Below are positions 1-9,889 of a stretch of 64,000 nt of DNA, in pieces. Origin of the DNA: Methanoregulaceae archaeon (GTDB lineage Archaea; Halobacteriota; Methanomicrobia; Methanomicrobiales; Methanospirillaceae); contig JACTUB010000004.1 of the NCBI GenBank assembly GCA_015660885.1, forward strand, positions 62,070 to 126,069, written 5' to 3'. The position numbers and the translations under genes are program-made. Each line of letters begins with the position of its first letter. Positions within the stretch are counted from its first letter, which is position 1. The notes under the pieces were generated by a model. It did no database searches, was not told the origin of the DNA, and was given only the letters and a program-made list of their open reading frames with translations.

Positions 1-1665
1 GGGACCTACACGGTCAACCTTTCTGCAACAAACTCTTACGGGACTACTGTGGCATCAAAAGCCGGTTATATCACGGTGAAAAACGGTGCACGGAACATTG
101 CATTCACCAATATCACCGGGATTTCTGTTGCGGATATAGCAGGGAGGCAGATCCTGACATACAATAAAAACCTGGTTCCTGATTATTCGCTCACGTCGGA
201 TAAAACCACCCTGGTATCACGTCCTCCCCCTGGATACGGGTGGCAGAATATCACGTTTGTTTCTAACACCGGTACAACGTTCGATGACGGGGCGGGGAAT
301 ATTATCGGATCCATTTCGCCGGTAATTCTCCAGACAAGGGATATACTCCCATCATCGTTCCCACAAGAGATCGGTTCAAACCTTGAGATGAATTACGAGA
401 CCGAATACCTCAGGTATTCGTCTCCAGCGTACCTGGTTACCGAAGTCTGGGAAGGGACCACGTCCCTTGACAACCTCCAATTCGAAGATATTATCCACCG
501 TTCCGGGTACACGTCGAAAAATGTTGCCTATACGATGAGTGTTTCTTATCATAACCTTCCCACACCATTGCGTGAACGGATAAATCTTAGTATTAGTTCC
601 GACTGGGTGGCAGGGATTACCGGAATTGATTGGGGAAGGGACCACACATTCGTAATAGCCAAAGGATATGATTCGGCCGGCAACCTCGCCGGCACCATCG
701 TAAAGCCAGTATTTGTAGGAAATGATTCCGTGAATCATCTTGAATATTTCAAGGCCGACATTCCCCCGCAGTTTGCCTACGTCACCACATTTGCGCTGGC
801 CAGACTCTCCGGTAGCGGCAACCCGTTCCAGCTGATTACCCTTACCATTGCTACCTACATCAGTCCCGGACGTAATTCCGGAAGTAATCCCGAAAGCGTC
901 AGCGGCAGTGACTCCGATTCTGGTACCGGGACAAATGCACCCGCTGCTGTCCAGAACACCCAAGTCCCTCAGCCCATACCATCATCATTGCCGGTTACCG
1001 GGAAAACTGCCAAACTTTATTCAAATGCACAGGGTGTTATTACGCAGGCGACCACGCTGCAGTCAGCGGACGGTCTTGCAAGGGTATCCGTCAGGGAGGG
1101 GATTGTCGCAAAAGACAGTTCGGGTGCGGCGCTTTCATCTATAACGATCAATTCACTACACGCAGAGAGTGTTCCCGGCATACCCGATGGTTCTGCGTTT
1201 ACCTATGGCGGCATGGCTTATGAGTTGCAGCCGGATGGAGGTACGTTTTCCCCGCCAATTTCCCTCACTTTCACCGTCCCGCAGGCACATTGGGGTCAGG
1301 ACTTTATCGTAAGAACATTTGATCGTACTTCCGGTGTCTGGCAGGAGGTTCCCACGACATACAACCCCAACACCGGAGTCGTCAATGCCGAGGTCACCCA
1401 TTTCTGCTGTTTCGCGCTGTTTTCCAAAGCAGTTACTTCTGTACCCTCTGACTTGAAAACAACCTCTCCTGCGCACATGGCCCCCGACGTAATCATTCCG
1501 CCACCTCCTCCCACAGCCATGTCGATCTTCACGGGCATGATCCTGTGGGTGGTTGATATAGTGACAAAAAATGTGCTGGTTGTGGCAGGAATTGCCGTCC
1601 TTGTCGCATCCGTTTACCTGTACGGCAGGAAGCGACGGCGTGATCGGATAATGTATCTTTTCTAA
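1..1665 (+). CDS. PKD-domain cell-surface protein, 5'-truncated by the window edge, with a C-terminal membrane anchor
   Basis: Frame is open from base 1 (GTYTVNLSATNSYGTTVASKAGYITV, a typical PKD end); Ser/Gly linker; C-terminal hydrophobic helix followed by RKRRRD. Confidence 0.8.
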   Translation, partial: GTYTVNLSATNSYGTTVASKAGYITVKNGARNIAFTNITGISVADIAGRQILTYNKNLVPDYSLTSDKTTLVSRPPPGYGWQNITFVSNTGTTFDDGAGNIIGSISPVILQTRDILPSSFPQEIGSNLEMNYETEYLRYSSPAYLVTEVWEGTTSLDNLQFEDIIHRSGYTSKNVAYTMSVSYHNLPTPLRERINLSISSDWVAGITGIDWGRDHTFVIAKGYDSAGNLAGTIVKPVFVGNDSVNHLEYFKADIPPQFAYVTTFALARLSGSGNPFQLITLTIATYISPGRNSGSNPESVSGSDSDSGTGTNAPAAVQNTQVPQPIPSSLPVTGKTAKLYSNAQGVITQATTLQSADGLARVSVREGIVAKDSSGAALSSITINSLHAESVPGIPDGSAFTYGGMAYELQPDGGTFSPPISLTFTVPQAHWGQDFIVRTFDRTSGVWQEVPTTYNPNTGVVNAEVTHFCCFALFSKAVTSVPSDLKTTSPAHMAPDVIIPPPPPTAMSIFTGMILWVVDIVTKNVLVVAGIAVLVASVYLYGRKRRRDRIMYLF

Positions 1666-3176
1666 TACAGCTCCTCGTGATCATACACAAGGGGGGCTGG
1701 TTTCTGTTTTGTTATATCCTCTTCAATCCCTTTGACAAAGCCCATCACAATAATGATAACCGGGACGATCTCGAGTCTCCCCAGCCACATCAGCAGGATA
1801 AAGATCCATTTGATCGAGAGCGGACTTACTGCCGATATAAACCCGACGGTAAGCCCGGCGTTACTCAATGCCGAGACCAGTTCAAAAATGACTTCATCGA
1901 GTCCAAATGAAGTGATATACAGGTGCAAAGACACGATGGTAGCAACAAATATCGTCAGAACATAAACCACGATAACGAGCATGTTCCGGGAGATCGCCAG
2001 ATCCGAAATCTTTTTTGAGAGCGTCCGCTTGCCAAAACGAAGAGGTACAAGCACATGGCTGCTCACGAAGAACCGCCGGAACCACCACTTCACACCTGCA
2101 TACGCAAGCATTACACGGTTTACCTTGACTCCTCCCGCCGCACTTCCCATAGCTCCGCCAATGAACATCATCATCCCGACAACAGCGATCGGAATTGCCG
2201 CCCAGGTATGCGGGCTTGAGTTCTGCAGGCCGCAGGTACAGAGTCCTGATACGGCTGTAAATATACCCTGGCGGAATGCTGTGCCGATGGGCAGATTGCC
2301 AAAGATAAAGAGATCCCACGATGTCACGAGGGAACCTGCAAGCGCAATCAGCAATAACATTTTCACGGTCTGGTCGCGGAACATTTCGCGGATTTTTCCA
2401 TTATACAGGAAAAAGAAGACCTTAAAAGGGATTGCCCCGGCAAGCATCACGGGTATGAGCAGGGCTTCTAATAACGGGTTATTGTAGTATGCAAGACCAC
2501 TTGTATGAACCGTGAAACCTCCCGTGGCAATAGCAACCATCACAAGATTCAGCGAATCCCACAGAGGTATCCCTGCAATCATAATCATGCCGGTAAATGC
2601 AAAGGTTAATACAAGATAGATCATCCACATCCGCCGGCTGGTTGTCACGACTGTTGACACCAGTTCTTCTTCCCGTCCCTCCATACGGTAAAGCCGGAAG
2701 AGCGAGACCCGGGACTTCCGTCGCAGGGAAATACCGAATGCAATGATACCAATCCCTCCGATCCACTGGGTGAATGATCGCCAGAAAAGAAGTGTTTTTG
2801 GTATCGAGTCAAGGGATGTAATCATGGTGAAGCCGGTGTCTGTCCAGCCCGACATCGCCTCAAAGATACTGTCAGTATACGACATTTTCAAACCGAATAC
2901 AAAGGGGAGTGCACCGATAAGCGCGATTGCAAGCCACGAGAACGCGACAGCAATGAGGGTACCGGAAAAGGAGGGTTCGAGATCCTCAAACGAGATGCGG
3001 GAGAGGAGTGCACCTAAGATAAGGAACACGAGCGGGGCGGAGGCGACGGGGAGGAGCATATCCCATTCGCGGAAAATGACGAGTACCAGAAAAGGCAGCA
3101 GTGAAGCGATGCCAAGGAACTCAAAAATGAGACCCATGTCGTGCGCTATCATGGCAATATGCTCGATGCGCTTCAT
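1662..3176 (-). CDS. trkH: TrkH/KtrB-family potassium uptake membrane protein
   Basis: 504 aa polytopic protein with four pore-loop motifs (SGWTDTGF, IATGGF, LCTCGL, LSNAGL) and C-terminal LMWLGRLEI. Confidence 0.93.
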   Translation of the reverse strand: MKRIEHIAMIAHDMGLIFEFLGIASLLPFLVLVIFREWDMLLPVASAPLVFLILGALLSRISFEDLEPSFSGTLIAVAFSWLAIALIGALPFVFGLKMSYTDSIFEAMSGWTDTGFTMITSLDSIPKTLLFWRSFTQWIGGIGIIAFGISLRRKSRVSLFRLYRMEGREEELVSTVVTTSRRMWMIYLVLTFAFTGMIMIAGIPLWDSLNLVMVAIATGGFTVHTSGLAYYNNPLLEALLIPVMLAGAIPFKVFFFLYNGKIREMFRDQTVKMLLLIALAGSLVTSWDLFIFGNLPIGTAFRQGIFTAVSGLCTCGLQNSSPHTWAAIPIAVVGMMMFIGGAMGSAAGGVKVNRVMLAYAGVKWWFRRFFVSSHVLVPLRFGKRTLSKKISDLAISRNMLVIVVYVLTIFVATIVSLHLYITSFGLDEVIFELVSALSNAGLTVGFISAVSPLSIKWIFILLMWLGRLEIVPVIIIVMGFVKGIEEDITKQKPAPLVYDHEELY

Positions 3177-3296
3177 CTGATAACCAAGATGATTGGTTTT
3201 TTTATATTGTTATGGGTATCGTTTTCCGGTTCCCGGTTTTTATATAAAAACGCGACATATCTATTAATTTCAAACCGGCACAATAGGTATTCATCC

Positions 3297-4322
3297 ATGA
3301 ACCAGCGCCGTACCGATCTTTTTCCGTTCCTGCTGATACTCATTCTCTCCCTTTTCGCATTCCTGGTATTCCTGTCGGTTATCGATATGGTGCTCATCGG
3401 TGCCTCGGTTGCAGTTGTACTTATGCCGCTGCACCATCGCATTTCAAAGTATACACAACCCGGTGTATCTGCTGCGGTGGTGACCTTTGGTGTCTTCTTT
3501 GCGGTAAGCTTTGTAGTACTTATCTCATATCTTATCCTTGCATCAAACATTCATGGACTTCTGGATATGTTCGACACGATTGGTACCTGGCTGAACAATC
3601 CCACAACCAATCCTCTGGACTTTGGTATCCCGGTGACCAAGACAAATCTCTCGGGTCTCATCGATAAAGCGACCATACTCTTTGTAAATTACAAACAGAC
3701 AATTCTCGATAATCTCATCCTTATCGCCTTTAAGACATTTGTATTATTTTTCTCCCTGTTTTCCCTGCTGTTATGGGGAGAGGAACTTAAACTCAAACTC
3801 ACCCGGCACGTGCCGAAAATGTTCAATGAATACGTGAAGAAACTTTCTGAAGTGACAGCAGACACCCTGTATGCAGTTTATATCGTACAGATTGCCATCG
3901 CCGTCCTTACCTTCTTTATTGCATTACCCGTTTTTTACCTGCTGGGTTATGGGAATATTATCTTTTATTCGTTCCTTGCTGCATTCTGCGAACTTATTCC
4001 CATTCTCGGCTCATCGGTCGCATTTCTCCTGGTCGGGACATATGCGCTCGCCCTGGGAGACACACGAGGAGTATTTATTCTCTTTTTCCTTGGATACGTC
4101 GTCGTATCATGCGTACCCGAGATTTATATCCGCCCGGTGCTTGTCGGCAGGCGGGTGAAGATCCATTGGGTGATCATGTTCATCGGGATTATCAGCGGTC
4201 TCCTGACTATGGGACTTGCAGGTTTTATTCTGGGCCCTCTCATCATTGTCCTGCTCATTACCAGTTACCGGCTCTATGTCCAGGAAAGAAAGGACCGGCG
4301 TGAGCCTGTCAATGCTTTATGA
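3297..4322 (+). CDS. AI-2E (PerM) family transporter
   Basis: Polytopic; ELIPILGS and EIYIRPVLVG...GLAGFILGP motifs. Start moved to ATG 3297 because the longer ORF overlaps the divergent trkH start. Confidence 0.85.
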   Translation: MNQRRTDLFPFLLILILSLFAFLVFLSVIDMVLIGASVAVVLMPLHHRISKYTQPGVSAAVVTFGVFFAVSFVVLISYLILASNIHGLLDMFDTIGTWLNNPTTNPLDFGIPVTKTNLSGLIDKATILFVNYKQTILDNLILIAFKTFVLFFSLFSLLLWGEELKLKLTRHVPKMFNEYVKKLSEVTADTLYAVYIVQIAIAVLTFFIALPVFYLLGYGNIIFYSFLAAFCELIPILGSSVAFLLVGTYALALGDTRGVFILFFLGYVVVSCVPEIYIRPVLVGRRVKIHWVIMFIGIISGLLTMGLAGFILGPLIIVLLITSYRLYVQERKDRREPVNAL

Positions 4323-4401
4323 ATATTCCTTGGCAAAAACACATTTTCCTGCGTAAAAGAGAAAGGATTATACCTTATTTCTGACGACTGGTATTGAAGG
4401 A

Positions 4402-6216
4402 ATGCTAAAAAATTATTTCGCGGTACCAGGGATTGTAAAGTCAATGGGACTTGTCTTTGGGGATATCGGGACAAGCCCCATCTACACCCTGACAGCAATT
4501 TTTCTCCTTATTCCGCCCACGCCGCAGAATATCATCGGCATCCTCTCTTTAATCATCTGGACGCTCACCATTCTTGTCACCGTGCAGTATACATATCTTG
4601 CCATGCACCTCGGCAAGAAGGGTGAAGGTGGAACGATCGTGTTAAAGGAGATCCTCCTGCCCCTGTTAAAATCCGGAAATCAGGTGGCTTTTGTATCTCT
4701 CCTGGCAATCGTCGGGATCTCACTCTTCATCGGTGACAGTGTGATCACGCCGGCAATCAGTATTCTTTCAGCGGTTGAAGGTATCCTGCTTATCCCGGGT
4801 TTTGGGTTCACGTCGCAATTGACTCTTATGATCCTCGCTGCCCTGATTGCAGTCGCGCTTTTTTCCATACAGGTGCGGGGAACTGAAAAGGTTGCATGGG
4901 CATTCGGGCCGGTCATGGTCATCTGGTTTCTGTCGCTTGCTGCCGCCGGATTTATTGCACTCTTTGCTGCCCCCCAGGTACTCCTTGCGATCTCCCCGGT
5001 ATATGGCATAAAATATCTTCTGGGCAACGGGCTGGCGGGGTTTCTCATCCTTTCGTCGGTAATACTCTGTGCAACCGGCGGTGAAGCTCTTTACGCGGAT
5101 ATGGGACACCTTGGCAGGGAACCGATTATCCGTGCGTGGTATCTTGTTTTTTTCGCACTTGCGATAAATTATCTTGGTCAGGGTGCATTCCTGATGACTC
5201 ATCCTGGGGTAAAAAATGTTCTTTTTGAGATGATCTTTTCCGAGATGCGGATGTTGTATATTCCTTTTCTCCTGTTGAGCATTGCAGCAACGATCATCGC
5301 TTCGCAGGCTATGATCTCGGGTATCTTCTCCATTGTCTACCAGGGAATCACTACCCGCATCATGCCACTCATGCGCATTGAATTCACCTCGCCCCAGCTC
5401 CGCTCCCAGATCTATATTGATGTGGTTAACTGGCTGCTGCTCTTTGCTGTTCTGCTGATTATTGCAATTTTTAAGAGTTCCAATAATCTGACTCATGCGT
5501 ACGGACTTGCCGTGAGCGGAACAATGGCGATCACCGGGATAATGATACTCTGGATTTTAATCCTCCGCGGAGAGCTGGTAAAAACATGTATCGCATTTTT
5601 TGTGCTGTTCACCACCTGTGTGTTCCTGATTTCGAATTTTAACAAAATCCCGTACGGGGGGTACTGGTCCCTTATTATCGCATCCATTCCGTTATCCGTA
5701 ATTTTGATCTATGTGTTCGGCCAGAAAAAACTTGCAGCTGCCCTCCGGCCAGTTCCCCTTGATGACTTCCTTAAACAGTTCAACGAAGTTTACCAGTCTG
5801 TCAACAGGATTTCAGGATCCGCGCTTTTCTTTGCCCGCGATTTCCGCAGGCTGCCCCAGTACATCCCCCGCATTATGTTCACCAACAACATCATCTATGA
5901 TGATAACATTATCGTCTCGATTATCCGGACCGAACAACCGTTCGGAGTGACGTGGGGCGTCACCCGCGAGATAGCACAAGGGCTCTCCATCTTCGAGATC
6001 TATTTGGGATACATGGAGATTGTTGATGTCGGGGCAATCTTAAAAGAGGCGGAGATCGAAGAAAAGACGATCTTCTATGGCATGGAAGATATTGTGACCG
6101 TGCACCCGGTCTGGCGTATCTTCGCAGCGATAAAGCGTCTCACGCCATCGATGGTCCAGTTCTACAAGCTGCCGTCAGATAAGATCCACGGTGTCGTGAC
6201 CAGAGTGGATTTGTAA
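4402..6216 (+). CDS. kup: KUP/HAK/KT potassium transporter
   Basis: GLVFGDIGTSPIY, GEGG, GDSVITPAISILSAVEG, TGGEALYADMGH, IASQAMISG motifs. Confidence 0.97.
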   Translation: MLKNYFAVPGIVKSMGLVFGDIGTSPIYTLTAIFLLIPPTPQNIIGILSLIIWTLTILVTVQYTYLAMHLGKKGEGGTIVLKEILLPLLKSGNQVAFVSLLAIVGISLFIGDSVITPAISILSAVEGILLIPGFGFTSQLTLMILAALIAVALFSIQVRGTEKVAWAFGPVMVIWFLSLAAAGFIALFAAPQVLLAISPVYGIKYLLGNGLAGFLILSSVILCATGGEALYADMGHLGREPIIRAWYLVFFALAINYLGQGAFLMTHPGVKNVLFEMIFSEMRMLYIPFLLLSIAATIIASQAMISGIFSIVYQGITTRIMPLMRIEFTSPQLRSQIYIDVVNWLLLFAVLLIIAIFKSSNNLTHAYGLAVSGTMAITGIMILWILILRGELVKTCIAFFVLFTTCVFLISNFNKIPYGGYWSLIIASIPLSVILIYVFGQKKLAAALRPVPLDDFLKQFNEVYQSVNRISGSALFFARDFRRLPQYIPRIMFTNNIIYDDNIIVSIIRTEQPFGVTWGVTREIAQGLSIFEIYLGYMEIVDVGAILKEAEIEEKTIFYGMEDIVTVHPVWRIFAAIKRLTPSMVQFYKLPSDKIHGVVTRVDL

Positions 6217-6500
6217 TCCGGAATCTTTTTTTATACCGCACGCAAAAGATGCTCCATTCAGGGGATTTGATGACAAAACTCTGCCCTCCGCTCCTTGATG
6301 GTCACTCCAGAGTTTACCAGTCACGAAACGGGGGTCAAAAAAGATTCAATAAAATAAGATTTTTCACCGAGCTATAATCCAAGAGGACGATAAAACCTGA
6401 ACAGGATCTGACGATATGCTCATATTTTCACCGCACCAATATACCCGGTACGCGGAAGTTGTAACCAAGTCAGCAATGCCGGATTTTCTGACGTCGCAGG

Positions 6501-6506
6501 TATAAA
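6501..6506 (+). promoter_or_regulatory. TATA box of tRNA-Leu
   Basis: TATAAA located 29-24 nt upstream of the mature tRNA 5' end. Confidence 0.6.
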
Positions 6507-6529
6507 GGACCTGAACAATCTCCCGCAGG

Positions 6530-6614
6530 GCGTGGGTATCCGAGTCTGGTCAAAGGAGCGGGATTTAGGGTCCCGTCGCGCAGGCGTTCGTCGGTTCGAA
6601 TCCGGCCCCACGCA
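6530..6614 (+). tRNA. tRNA-Leu (anticodon TAG), intron-less, CCA not encoded
   Basis: Acceptor stem GCGTGGG/CCCACGC plus discriminator A; anticodon arm CGGGA-TTTAGGG-TCCCG; long variable arm; GGTTCGAATCC T-loop. Confidence 0.96.
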
Positions 6615-6810
6615 TTTTTCCCTTATACGCGGTATATCAGAAAACTGCTACGTTTCACTTATCGGTCATGCTGGATTACAAGGCATCTCAAAAAAACACC
6701 ACTCTTTTAATGGTAATTTCCGCCTTCGATCAATTATTCTTGTTATGTATAGGGGACTCCAAGGAATGACAGAACAAACGGTGAAAACTACCTGGACCGG
6801 CTTTTTTACC

Positions 6811-7143
6811 TTACTTCTTTTTTCCCATCTTTTCCAGGACCCTGTTCTTGTTCATCTCTGCTTCAACATGTGATGGATAGATCTGGAGAACTTTATCAAA
6901 TTTTGATACTGCTTCCGGATACCGCCCAAGCTTTTCATAGCAGCGTCCCATTTCACAATACGCTAAAGCAAACTTCGGTGCCAACATAACTGCAGTACTG
7001 AGATTTTTAAGAGCTGATTCATGGTTTCCTTTACCTGACATTTCCAATGCACAGCGGTAGAGGGTTATTGCTTCCAAGGGAATCTGGCGAAATGAGTCCA
7101 TTTTTTCACCCAGCTTTTCAAATTGTTTCCGTTCATATGGCAA
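6811..7143 (-). CDS. Small TPR-repeat protein
   Basis: About two TPR units (AYCEMGRCYEKLGRYPEAVSKFDKVLQIYPSHVEA). Confidence 0.85.
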   Translation of the reverse strand: MPYERKQFEKLGEKMDSFRQIPLEAITLYRCALEMSGKGNHESALKNLSTAVMLAPKFALAYCEMGRCYEKLGRYPEAVSKFDKVLQIYPSHVEAEMNKNRVLEKMGKKK

Positions 7144-7243
7144 GAGATGGTATAAGTTAAATTTTATAAATATTTCGAAATTAATCTATAAGATCATAAT
7201 GCAGGGAAATACATCGGCATTCGTACTAAATTTTTAGCACATT

Positions 7244-7579
7244 TCACTCATGGATCATCGTCAGTATCATCTTAGACCGTTGCTGTGCATGAAGGGCATG
7301 GGGTTTGTTGGCCGGCATGACGATCATCTGCCCTGCCTTAAGTAGGAACTGATTCTTTTCGATCGAGATCTCCATCTCACCATCAACGATCATGGCAATC
7401 GCATCGAACGGCGCAGTGTGTTCTGACAGCCCTTCACCGGCATCAAACGCAAAGAGCGTGATAGTGCCGCTTTTTTTATAGACCAGCATCCGGCTCACTA
7501 CCGAACCGTCCTGGTACGCGATGAGGTCCCTGGGATCCAGGATTTGTCCCGCAAGGTTTTCGTGTTTCTTCTCTGGCAT
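7244..7579 (-). CDS. Cupin-domain protein
   Basis: FAFDAGEGLSEHTAP and MPANKPHALHA cupin motifs. Confidence 0.9.
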   Translation of the reverse strand: MPEKKHENLAGQILDPRDLIAYQDGSVVSRMLVYKKSGTITLFAFDAGEGLSEHTAPFDAIAMIVDGEMEISIEKNQFLLKAGQMIVMPANKPHALHAQQRSKMILTMIHE

Positions 7580-8600
7580 AGGATCACCACTGAATAATTT
7601 TTAGTTCCGGGTACTCTTATAGTGAATGCCTTCTTTCTGATTCTTCCTGAGGAGAACCTCCCTTTTTTTGACGAGATAACAGATAGGGATACGAATTCTG
7701 GTACACGGCAACGAAACTTACTGAAGATGAGTTTTTGCATTTTTCACGAGGTATGGAGACAACATGGAAAAAGGGGAGATTGCGCGTGGCAGAGATAGTG
7801 AAACTCAGTCCAAGGTTACCCGAGGGGGTAATAGCCGCCCTGTACTCGTTCTGACCCAGGTACACTCCCTGCTCAAAACAGGGGACCTTGCAATCCTGTA
7901 CCATTCACCTGTTTTTTCCCGATTGGAACGAGTATTTTCCTTAAAATACATGATTATTACGATATTTTCCTCGGGTGCTGACACAATCCTGACAGAACCA
8001 AAAAAACAAGATTGCCCGATTGGCAAACGGAGCCCGGATTGGGCTTATCGGGGATCGTGTCCTTTAAGGCTGGGAAATCTGTTGTTCTTCCCGCGATCCG
8101 GAGAAACAAATATTTACAAAACAGGGATTCTTTCTCATCATCGGCATATATGGGTGATCAGCTCTGAGTTTTGCCAACTAAACTGCACCAAACAGGCTCA
8201 TTTTAATCAACAAATGACCGTATTTTTCCCAGAGAACCGCAATATTGACTCAGTTCGGAAACAATGATCTTCATTCGTCATTTTTTGCATCAACTTCTGA
8301 TTTTTTTGAGATCCGATCGCTTGGTTTGCCAATCGGAGCCAGAAATGAACTTGAATAGGGAGTGTTATAAATCTAAGGTGAAAACAGGTAGTTTTCCTTG
8401 TGAGGGAATATAACCGGATCCGGGAAACTTTATAAAAATTTTATTGCAGCAATCCATTCATTACCTCTGAATTATTGTTTTCAGGCTAAAAAAATCTTGA
8501 ACTTGGATACGTGTCACCGAGCCTGACTCTTGCCGGCTAGTTTTTATCTGTTATCTAAAAAAAACCGAATCAGTCGATGAATCCTCAGGGTTCCTGGATA

Positions 8601-9641
8601 CTATTTCTCCATCTCCAATGCCTTTGCCCACGTCTCTATAGCCCAGCGGGCAAGATCCTCGGGTATTTTATGGTTTTCCATCAATCGTTTCCTCAGTCTG
8701 GCTGAAGTATTGACCCACCGGAATCCCTGGTGAGACTTCAATAATTCCTGGGGAATGTTATCCTTCAGGGCAATAACCAGAACATTTCGTTCATATGCAT
8801 ATTCACCGTGGGACAATTCGTTGAGCAATGCTGCCACTTTATCCGGTTCGTCAAGAATAGAAAGCCCGGATCCATTCATCACGCCGCACAGACTCGCTAA
8901 GGTATGTAATCTGCTTTCTTCGGGAATTGTTCCAAAATAAAGTTTCTTCTCTTCAGGTTTCTTCTCTCCGCCTTTGAGCTGCGCAGGTTTCTTCTTGCCA
9001 GGTTGTTTGTTAAACAGGTTCTGAGGTTTTGTGTACCATAGCACAGCACCGATAATGATAATCACGAGGAGAATAAGCATCCCGATGGTTGTCGGGTTGA
9101 ACCGGCTCTGTTTCGTAAGGGCAATTTCCCGGTTTTCCCGTGCTGTGGTATAATTTGGCTGGAGGGCAATCACCTTGTCATACGAGGCGATCTCCTCATC
9201 ATACCGCCCGAGATAATCCAGCGCGACACCGCGGTTGAGCCACGCTTCGGCATACACCGGACTGATGGCAATCGCTTTGTCATACGAAAGAATCGCATCT
9301 GCATACCTGCCGAGTTTTCGCAACGCGATGCCGCGGTTGTACCACGCTTCTGCGAACCCCGGTTGGAGGGTAACTGCCCTGTCATACGAGTTGACCGCCT
9401 CTGAATATTGTCCAAGGTTGTCCAGGGCAACGCCGCGGTTGTTCCACGCATCGGCATTGGTCGGACGGATAAAAACCGCCTTGTCATATGCAGCGACGGC
9501 CTCAGCAAACCGGCCTTGTTTACTGAGATTAATCCCGTCACCATAATACTGATCAGCCAGGTCAACCGCGGTTACCAGGGGGACTATGAGCAGGAGAAGA
9601 AGAAAAATTCCCACGGATATTCCGGACCTGCTCACAGCCAT
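8601..9641 (-). CDS. Signal peptide + TPR repeats + TM helix + cytosolic helical domain
   Basis: Hydrophobic N-terminus; four to five TPRs (AWNNRG/AWYNRG/AWLNRG); TM segment IGMLILLVIIIIGAVLWY; ~120 aa C-terminal domain. Confidence 0.85.
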   Translation of the reverse strand: MAVSRSGISVGIFLLLLLIVPLVTAVDLADQYYGDGINLSKQGRFAEAVAAYDKAVFIRPTNADAWNNRGVALDNLGQYSEAVNSYDRAVTLQPGFAEAWYNRGIALRKLGRYADAILSYDKAIAISPVYAEAWLNRGVALDYLGRYDEEIASYDKVIALQPNYTTARENREIALTKQSRFNPTTIGMLILLVIIIIGAVLWYTKPQNLFNKQPGKKKPAQLKGGEKKPEEKKLYFGTIPEESRLHTLASLCGVMNGSGLSILDEPDKVAALLNELSHGEYAYERNVLVIALKDNIPQELLKSHQGFRWVNTSARLRKRLMENHKIPEDLARWAIETWAKALEMEK

Positions 9642-9889
9642 ACCACGTATGTATTCGCTATCCGGTTAATCACTATTTTGATTCAAACCGGAAATTCTGC
9701 AGCATTTACGAAATGTATCATCCTGACAACCTGACTGACCAGAACCTTCTCTGTTATGAATTGCAGGGAATGAATAAAGAAAACTGTTCAATATGATAAA
9801 AAAATCGCCGTAATCAGGAATTCGTACCAATGATGAGGGAAAAAATCAGGATCAACAAAAACCCGGTTTTCATCTTCCCGCTTTCGTCA

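Noticed and set aside
4322-4401. c-di-AMP (ydaO) riboswitch upstream of kup
   Set aside because: The gap is only ~80 nt, AT-rich, and lacks the riboswitch motifs
6530-6614. tRNA-Leu as the attachment site of an integrated element
   Set aside because: No duplicate of the tRNA 3' end and no integrase seen in the window
7764-8267. 167-aa plus-strand ORF with a Shine-Dalgarno-like GGAG
   Set aside because: No recognisable motif and atypical composition; left uncalled, though translation cannot be excluded
8016-8336. ~300-nt end-paired region as 7S/SRP RNA
   Set aside because: The interior is AT-rich and has no SRP consensus
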